A stretch of DNA of 64,000 nucleotides from Paramoeba atlantica. Taxonomy: Eukaryota > Protista > Discosea. Of the stretch, positions 22,017-29,684 are shown one piece after another. The notes below the pieces were generated by a model, which made no database searches, was not told where the DNA came from, and worked only from the letters and a program-made list of their open reading frames with translations. The stretch spans positions 496,001 through 560,000 of the forward strand of contig CDRNVI010000040.1 in assembly GCA_977017575.1 (NCBI GenBank), given 5' to 3'. Position 1 is the stretch's first letter. Each line of letters starts with the position of its first letter. The position numbers and the translations under genes are program-made.

Positions 22017-22892
22017 AAGGGGTCTTTTTGGGTCCGAAGAATGGTGTGGTTGGGGTCGCATCCCCCACCCAATACGTTTGATAGCCTCGAATACATGCGC
22101 ACGAGTGATTTCCCACACGCAAAAGGCGAACTTAGAGGGGTGACTCCTATCCAGGCGCTTCTAGGCGCTTCCAGTGAACTTCTATGGTGTTCGGACTTGG
22201 TAATTTGAGGATAGCAACGTAAACCCCCCTATGGGGGGACATGGGAGGCACACTTTATTTTTATTTTCTAAAGTCTTGTCCAAGGAAGTGGCAGATTAGG
22301 CCGAGGCTATCGTTCGGTCCCAGTAATAAGGCATTTTGCACTGCGTCAACGAGAGATGAATGTCGTAAATTGTTGTTGTTTTTGTTGATAACAAGAGCGC
22401 CCGCATTACCCTCATGCAAGCGCCGCAAGTACCACTCCGGCTCTCGGGCTCCGCCCGAGTACGGGGACGCAAGGCTCTCCTAGGTCGCTTCACCAGCGTG
22501 TGTGTGTCTGTGCGTGTGATTCAGGCCAGTTGGCTCCGAAGAGCTGTGGCTTCCTACTTCACGCGTAGGTCGCGCTACCGGTTCTCCACGCACAAGCGTG
22601 ATCTTCTAACACGAGAGCATCGAAACCCCCAATCATACAAGAAGACACCGGACTTTCCTCACGGGCGGTCAGGATGGCGGCACATGGGTGAAGGAGGGTG
22701 CGAAGAGGGCGGGGCAGGGGGGCGAATTGAATGGCCAGGAGGCTGACCAAGAGTGGGGGCGAAGAGGGCAGGCCAAGACGAGGAGGGCAGGCGAGGAAGG
22801 CGGCCAGGGGGCGCCGAGGAGAGCGGCGAAGAGCAATGTGTGGGCAGGCTCACCAGTGACAATGAACACTCCATAGTTAGCCTACCATGTGT

Positions 22893-22954
22893 CAAAAAGA
22901 TATAAAACGACTCCGTTGGTCCAAAATTGAAAACAAAAATCAAACAATGGGGGT
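22893..22954 (+). repeat. fragment of the dispersed ~400-bp repeat (copy 4)
   Basis: gatataaaacgactccgttggtccaaaattgaaaacaaaaat...aatgggggtc matches ...ataaaagggggctccggtggtccaaaattgaataaacaaat...aatgggggtc in copy 3. Confidence 0.7.
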
Positions 22955-23166
22955 CGCCACACCTGAGGATGACCGCCCTGGTACATTCTAAAATATTTTA
23001 TGCGGTCGAAACCATGATAAAGTCTTGTAGGCTAAACATTTCCAACAACATGATTACCACATCCTCCAACTGAAGCAAAAAAGATTAAGAAAAAGTAAAA
23101 AGAAAAATTAAGACAAAGGTCCTTGGCGCTTCCAGGCCCACGAATGCACACATTCTCGGAAAATCC

Positions 23167-23920
23167 TTGCGTGCCCCGCGTATTTGCAATTTCCCACAGC
23201 CGAGCAGAAAAGGGATTTCGGCGCTCGAGGCCAATGAAAATGCGCAAATCTCCGGGCGCTTTGCAGTTCCCACGGATAATCCAGATGCTCCTTGCAACGC
23301 TGGGTCGACAGTGTCGATATCATCGATTTCGCTGATCTCCGAACGAGCAGAAAAAGGGTTTCGGCGCTCAAGAACGAAGCTTTCAGAATTAATCGATACG
23401 GCCGGATTATTGCAAAGGGCTTGAATGTTGACACCTCGCGTTTCGCAACTTACGAGGGGAGGCGGTCGCTCAATCTGCCGTATTCTGCCATATTCTGCCT
23501 ATCAGGGGGGATTCCACGTCAAAAACACTGCACCGCGTGGTGGTTATGTTGTGACAATAGAGAGATTCAATGCATATATTGACCGTCATAAGTTTATGCA
23601 TTTTTGCCAGAAAAGCCACGTAACTACATCAAAACTTTTCCGGCTTATGTGGAATGCGGAGTGCTTAACCTACGCGCTGGAGAAAAAAATATTGGTTGAT
23701 CCATCAACTGTCCAATTTGGGGCTAATGAAGACGGAAAATTAGCTTTTGCGCGACCCCCTGTTGAGCAATGTTTTTGTGACTTTGAGGCTCCTTCTCGAA
23801 CGGAAAGGGAAAGCCGCGAGCTAATTAGAACGTAGTATCGGGAAGCGCTAAGGGAATTTCCTATCCCCTCTGCCAAAAAGTCGAAAAAACGAGCGAAGTC
23901 GCCAGGACGGGATCGATAGT
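23167..23920 (+). pseudogene. decayed ORF (frameshifts and an in-frame stop), unknown family
   Basis: Overlapping ORFs in different frames share a repeated peptide (PSRKGISALEANE / TSRKRVSALKNE). Reading through TAG at 23833 gives YREALREFPIPSAKKSKKRAKSPGRDR. A tattctgcc element end interrupts it at 23454-23504. Confidence 0.4.
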
Positions 23921-24068
23921 ATGCCTATGATTAAATAATAATGAATAACCAGTCCATATTTATTTCCACATAATTTATGTATTGCAGAAAGCCAGTGGTT
24001 CTTCAACGAGCCTTATTCCTCTATGTTCCAAGAATCCATTCCTTCTTTTCACTTTCTTTCGTACGAAT

Positions 24069-24799
24069 ATGCCTGACGTCTCTGTACAAACCGAATCAGA
24101 GGAAATTCAGACCGAGCTTGATCTTTTAGAAAAGTACATCATGCAATGGAAGGCAGCGATACAAAAGCCATTGAAACAGTATCGCTTTGTTCGCGGAAAC
24201 ATCACTCTTCTTCAAGGTGACCCGGACGCAATTGATCGCGTCTTACGCGTGTAAATCGTTGTCTGAGCGCGGTTGCGTTCTACGACGATGTGTTGGTATG
24301 TTGTGTTCCGCTTCTTGCCACAGGGGTCGCACAATTGACACCTAATCTCATCACATATCGTGGTGGGTGGCTGGGTGCGGAGCACGTACGAGACGGCTTT
24401 ATTAGCGAAGCCGGCCTGGAACTTCGTTCTGTTGTTGCCTCACATGACGAATTCAATTCGTCTGATCCTGAAGCTGAATGCAAGGCATTCGCTGGTCGTG
24501 TTTGGGCCTACCTCGCAGGCCAGAACATCCGAGTGAGTCGCCGTTTACAGATGAACACTCCACAAGAAAGCGAAACATTGTCTATTATTCCTGTGAGTGT
24601 TCCTTCCCCTTCTTCCCACTTGGCAGATGTCATCCAAGATCCTCTCCAAATTGTCCGCCCCCCTCCACCCATCAATGTAAAAGTGCCGATACAGCCCCCT
24701 ATCGTCATTAATGGAATGTTCCCGAAGAAAAGGGGACGACCCATAGGTCCTCAGGCACCACCGCGCAGCGTGCAGGAAGACAAAAGTCAGAAAGATTAA
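24069..24799 (+). pseudogene. ~242-aa gene split by a 2-bp (GT) duplication; Pro-rich C-terminus with a KKRGRP AT-hook-like motif
   Basis: ATG 24069 frame stops at TAA 24252. Removing one gt from cgcgtgtaaat joins it to the 24290-24799 frame (LRVNRCLSAVAFYDDVLVCC...). Confidence 0.55.
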
Positions 24800-25094
24800 G
24801 TTTGATAATTTCCCCGAGAACTAAGCTAGTAAGGTCAGTGTGAAAGTAAATCTTGACTTTTTGGAAGTGTTAAAATTATTATTGAACTTTGACTACAGTG
24901 TTGAATCCCCGATTTCTGTTTTAATAACATTAGCGAAAGCAATAAACCAAGGCGCCGCGGAGCGGCGCGGAATTTTTTCCGATATACCTGATTTTATTAT
25001 ATTATACCGTATTCTGCCGTGTTCTGCCTATCACCACCGACCGGCCGCCCCCCCTCTACGTTTACACGTCTTCAGCGTCCCTGGCCAATTTTTC

Positions 25095-25203
25095 TTTTTT
25101 AGACTCTTCGTTAAACGCGGTGGTAGTTTTCAACGCGAAGCACGCAGCATGAGTGACTTCTAAGTTGAAAACAACCACCGCGTTTAACGAAGAGCCTAAA
25201 AAA
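25095..25203. mobile_element. ~110-bp hairpin/MITE-like element, copy 2
   Basis: Near-identical to 15498-15606, including the loop gcgaagc(a/g)cgcagcatgagtgacttctaa. Confidence 0.8.
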
Positions 25204-25978
25204 GTATCGCTTATATCGTTCGCGTGCATGGCTTGTTTATTTTAATGGGTATGCTTTGAACAAAGATAATCTTTAGTTAAAGAGTGGCAGTAGTGTACTG
25301 CACAGTTTCGCAATGTATCTTCACGATATTGTAAGTCTTTCTCTTGTTTCTGTACTTTATTCATTGTGTACGAGGGGCATGATTAAACCTGTTTCATACC
25401 TTCTTGAACATTTCACATAGCGCATCTTTCATCTCGTCCACAGCTTCCGCAGCTGCTAATGAGCATGACATCACCGCCGTTCCTCTTCAAACTTCCGTTA
25501 CACTTTTCAGTAATTGATTGAACTCGGTCTGATCTTTTGTCTCCCAAAATATCTGATCCTGGCTTGCTCCCCAAAACATTTCCTTCACACTTCAAACGTT
25601 TCTTGACCATAGAATTAGCACATTCGACAGTGTTTGTATCTACCCCCTCCGGGGTGACCCATTGCTGACGATGATTTACATTTCGCCACTCGTACTTGGA
25701 CCGAAGTTTTAGATTATGACGGGTGTCATCGGTCCAAATTAAGTAAGTAAATTAATGTACAATTCTTGTACAGTAGTATTCCTATTTTGTGCAGGGAAAA
25801 CTACCCGAATATTATTCGGGTAAATATGTGGGACTTCTTTCCCAATTTCTATTGTGGGCAGTTATTGAATAGCTACCCACAACAAAAGTAGTCCCCCATA
25901 TTTTTCGAACAATAAGATCAATAGTGTGACAAATAAACATACAGTACAAACCTGAAGTGTAAGTCTTAATATTAAGTA

Positions 25979-26797
25979 ATGCACTTTCTCTCATTAATGT
26001 GGACAACTATGCTCCCCCTTACCAGAACGTCTATGGAAGCTCTCGAAGAAGCGAACGTTCCTTTCAAAAGGCGTAAATTGGGAAAGGTGGGGTCCTCTGT
26101 TCTTCCTATTGAATATAAATTGACGCGTTTTGTTGCAAATCTTACGAATCTGCGTAAATCTTGGTCTGAGGGCACTGCTGGATGTTCGTGGGAAGAGGTT
26201 GAATGCAGTCAAGATGGACATCTTACTCATATAAACTGGGACTCCATGAAGCTGGGTGGCATTCCGGATTGGAAACAATTGCCATCCACATTACAATATC
26301 TAAATCTTTTTGACAACAAATTAGAAGGACCTGTCACCGGATCTGATATTCCTGAATTTGTTTCGCACTTTCATATCTTTGACAATCGCTTCTTTAGCAA
26401 TTTCTCACTTACCGAACTACCTCATCATATTTTAATTCTGAGCTTAAAAGATAATCGCTTTTATGGTCCACTGGACTTTACCCAGCTTCCAAAAGGCATT
26501 ACGAATATCCGACTATCTAAAAATAATTTTTCTGGGTCCATTGATCTGCAAAATTTGCCATGCAGTCTTCAAGAGCTCGCTCTTCACGATAATTCATTGA
26601 GCGGAGAACTTGATCTTACCAAATTAAGCGATGGTCTGAGGTCACTTTTCCTTAACGGTAACAAGTTCAGCGGAGTTGTAAACCTTGAAAGTTTATCATC
26701 AAGTCTAGTACTTGTCGGTGTGACAGATAATCCATGGCAAATAGAGGAATCTCATCAGTTTAGGCTTGAAAATGGGTCGCATTGGAGGATACATTGA
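25979..26797 (+). CDS. leucine-rich repeat protein (plant-RLK/GP46-like LRRs with a CxWxxVxC N-cap)
   Basis: CSWEEVECSQDG cap; repeats LPSTLQYLNLFDNKLEG, LPKGITNIRLSKNNFSGSIDL, LPCSLQELALHDNSLSGELDL. Confidence 0.88.
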   Translation: MHFLSLMWTTMLPLTRTSMEALEEANVPFKRRKLGKVGSSVLPIEYKLTRFVANLTNLRKSWSEGTAGCSWEEVECSQDGHLTHINWDSMKLGGIPDWKQLPSTLQYLNLFDNKLEGPVTGSDIPEFVSHFHIFDNRFFSNFSLTELPHHILILSLKDNRFYGPLDFTQLPKGITNIRLSKNNFSGSIDLQNLPCSLQELALHDNSLSGELDLTKLSDGLRSLFLNGNKFSGVVNLESLSSSLVLVGVTDNPWQIEESHQFRLENGSHWRIH

Positions 26798-26886
26798 TTC
26801 GTGGTTTTTAATCTTTTACTTTTTTTGATGGTCTTGCACATGTTCAACAACAATAAAGGTATGAGTCCCGTGTATTACATGAAAAC

Positions 26887-27523
26887 ACTGATAATGCATA
26901 ATGCACACTGATAATGCATAAAATTCGCACACTGATAATGCATATAGGCACACTGATAATGCATAAAACTCGCACACTGATAATGCATAGTAGCTCGCAC
27001 GCTGATAATACATAATGCACACTGATAATGCATAATGCATACTGATAATGCATGACGACTATATTCACACAAAGACTGTTTTTTAGGTTTCCCAAATTTT
27101 GTTGGGCTTCGCAAATAGCTTCCTACTAACGTCAGACGTCTTTGTGTTCAAGACGGGTAAACAAGGTCTTGGCTTTATTACGGGTTGGCTATGGTGAAAT
27201 TTTTTGGGCTTCGCAAACTGCTTCCGACTAACGTCAGACGTTTTTGTCTTGCAGACGCGTAAACAAGGTCTTGGCATGCAAATGGTTTTACTACAAATTT
27301 TTGTAAAGGGCCTTTCTTCAATTTTTTCCAAGGGCTCAATCCATTTTCGAAGGGATTGCAAAAATTATGCACTATCAGTGTGCGAGTTTTATGCATTATC
27401 AGTGTGTCTATATGCATTATCAGTGTGCTAACATGCATTATCAGTGTGCCTATATACATTATCAGTGTGCGAGTTCTATGCATTATCAGTGTGTGAGTTT
27501 TATGCATTATCAGTGTGCGAGTG
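26887..27523. mobile_element. foldback-type element B (inverted arrays of 20-25-bp subrepeats)
   Basis: 8 direct copies of core actgataatg (26887-27050; one variant) and 7 inverted copies cattatcagt (27370-27514; one variant). The ~310-bp spacer contains a 70-bp direct duplication (27104-27173 / 27206-27275). Confidence 0.85.
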
Positions 27524-27577
27524 GCTAGTCCTAGGGCTTCCCTGGCTCATGGGCCCGGCTGTCCCCTCCGTGTGTTC

Positions 27578-27688
27578 GGCCTCTCATATTCCCCAAAACA
27601 ACTACCACCTTCTCCCCATTTATCAAGGGTCGCTCGCGCGACCCGCGCTAAATAGGGGGGAAGGTGGTACTTGTGGGATATGGAGGCC
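27578..27688. other. long imperfect stem-loop
   Basis: taccaccttctcccc (27603-27617) pairs with ggggggaaggtggta (27655-27669); inner gggtcgc/gcgaccc; outer ggcctc/gaggcc. Confidence 0.7.
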
Positions 27689-28004
27689 TCTCACAACTCC
27701 GAGGCCTCACCGGGAGCAGGACAGAAGTGCAAGGACTTATTTTCAATGGTTTTTGACTTATGCAATATTCCTTTACTTACACATTATTCCTTGACTTATG
27801 CAATATTCCTTTACTTTGGCCGTAATACTCTACAATATTCCTAGGTACTTGACACCATTAAATAAAACCGAAAATTAGTAAATGTATCAGTACTTAGAGA
27901 ATAGGAGTTAGTTCAAACCCTGGAACTCAATTGCAAACGAAGCAAATTCTAAAATTGTTTAACACAAATTAACATTGTTTCATTTACTTATTGCTTACTC
28001 CTTT

Positions 28005-28763
28005 ATGCGAGTAGTCGGGCTTGTATCAGGAGGTAAGGATAGCACTCTAAATTTGCTGAAATGTAAAGATCATGGCCACGAGGTAATTTGTCTCGCTAAC
28101 ATGATGCCCGAGAACGGCTCTGATGCCGACGAAGAGCTCGACAGCTACTGTTTTCAAAGTGTGGGACAAAAACACATTCCAGCTTTTGCGAAATGTGCGT
28201 CTCTGCCGTTATATACCCAAAAATTGCGCAGAAATTCCTCCGTGAATCAAGATCTAGAATATCAAGAAACGAAAGGAGACGAAGTTGAAGATTTATATAC
28301 TTTGCTATCAACAGTCAAATCCGCGCATCCCGAAGTACAGGCTGTCAGTACCGGGGCAATCGAGAGTGTATATCAAAAAACGCGTGTAGAAAATGTGTGT
28401 ATGAGACTAGGGCTTGTGTCACTATCGTACTTGTGGAAAATGAGCGCCATGGATATCTTGAAAAACGTTCTACACTATAAACTAAAGGTCATAATAATTA
28501 AGGTTGCATGTGGCGGACTTCATCCTGCACACAAATTTTTGGGTCGTATTATTGACGAATCTCTTACAGATGAGCTTCTTAAAATTCCACACATGCATGG
28601 CGCAGGCGAAGGTGGAGAGTATGAAACGTTCACATTGGATTGTCCACTATTTTCATCTTCTTGTCTCGCTGTTCAAAAGTCTCACATACTAAATGTGGTA
28701 AATGACGCATATGCCCCTGTAGCATATCTGACTTTTGAGAGTACAATAGAAACGAAGGAATGA
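28005..28763 (+). CDS. DPH6: diphthine--ammonia ligase (single-domain form)
   Basis: MRVVGLVSGGKDS, DELDSYCFQSVG, GAIESVYQKTRVENVCMRLGL, GEGGEYETFTLDCPLF. Confidence 0.93.
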   Translation: MRVVGLVSGGKDSTLNLLKCKDHGHEVICLANMMPENGSDADEELDSYCFQSVGQKHIPAFAKCASLPLYTQKLRRNSSVNQDLEYQETKGDEVEDLYTLLSTVKSAHPEVQAVSTGAIESVYQKTRVENVCMRLGLVSLSYLWKMSAMDILKNVLHYKLKVIIIKVACGGLHPAHKFLGRIIDESLTDELLKIPHMHGAGEGGEYETFTLDCPLFSSSCLAVQKSHILNVVNDAYAPVAYLTFESTIETKE

Positions 28764-28810
28764 CTTTATCTTCAACTATCGCAGAAAAACAACGCTCCAC
28801 AAGAAAGTTC

Positions 28811-29214
28811 GGTGAAAGTCAAGCATTATTTCACGAAAAAAGCATAATATTCTCATTTTATCATATTTTACTTGCAAAGTCTTTTTTAGGGTATTTTTCG
28901 CATATATCTGCACTACTCTCGATGGATTGCTCGTTTTGCTCCGATTTCGAGTGTACAGATAGTATTAGCTATAGTGTGCTCGCCCGCGCCCCCGAAAATG
29001 ATATTATCGAGTGGTTGAAAGGCCACAAATTTGTTTTCCAGAGCGTCACCTGTAGCAAGAGGCATGAAACTTTCATTTGCGTCCTGAAAGGAGATCACTG
29101 GGTCTGCACCGATCGTTTGTGTCGGAGTCGTACATGCCACATGCAGACACTCCTAACTTCCTTCGGAGATACTTTATTATTTCTAAAAGTGTGAAATAAT
29201 GCTTGACTTTGACC
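28811..29214 (+). mobile_element. non-autonomous Merlin (IS1016/ISXO2-related)-like DNA transposon, 404 bp
   Basis: 24-bp TIRs ggtgaaagtcaagcattatttcac / gtgaaataatgcttgactttgacc (1 mismatch, GG termini). 8-bp TSD gaaagttc at 28803-28810 and 29215-29222. Internal ORF 28922-29194 IIEWLKGHKFVFQSVTCSKRH...HWVCTDRLCRSR resembles a Merlin N-terminal Zn ribbon. Confidence 0.85.
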
Positions 29215-29684
29215 GAAAGTTCTGGCAAACAAGAATTTTTCTTCCATTTTTCACTTCTATAGGAAACATAATAATAGTGCAGAAGTGTAATTCAATTACA
29301 GTAATTGTTTAAATGAGTACCGTACTACATGTAGTAGTACGTAGTAGTTGTACGTAGTACAACGGGGTAGGTCCATTATGCCTCACCGTTTAAAATGCAC
29401 GTTTTCGCTTTGTGACTTTATTAGGTGGGTAAATTCTTTTTTCCCCTGACGAGCCAAAAAAGCACCGAAAATTGGAGCATGTGGCTCCTACGTACAGTAC
29501 GCTTCTGCATATTGTTGAAGCATTATGCTTAAAGCACTGTATTTGAAAATGTTACTTTTTTTAAACACCATTTAAATGCTATTTTTCTATGCATTGAAGT
29601 AGTGTATTCGTTACCTGTAGGCATGCATGTAAACTTATGAATTTTAAGACTGGACTCGAATAAAAAAGGAGTACTCGAATCATA

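Noticed and set aside
26816-27507. Repetitive ORFs (MHYQCA..., YALSVC...) and CRISPR-like appearance of the arrays
   Set aside because: These are translations of foldback subrepeats. Inter-core spacers are only 10-15 nt and recur, the arrays are inverted, there are no cas genes and the context is eukaryotic.
27539-27550. ccctggctca resembling the start of the L1Tc/ingi Pr77 HDV-like ribozyme
   Set aside because: The required downstream gccaggg P1 partner and the rest of the 77-nt signature are absent.
27700-27726. agcagg motif suggesting SRP RNA helix 8
   Set aside because: No GNRA tetraloop or matching helix-8 geometry.
28760-28921. ATGA-overlap 144-aa ORF coupled to DPH6
   Set aside because: It reads across the TSD and left TIR of the inserted element; only 28922-29194 looks element-derived.
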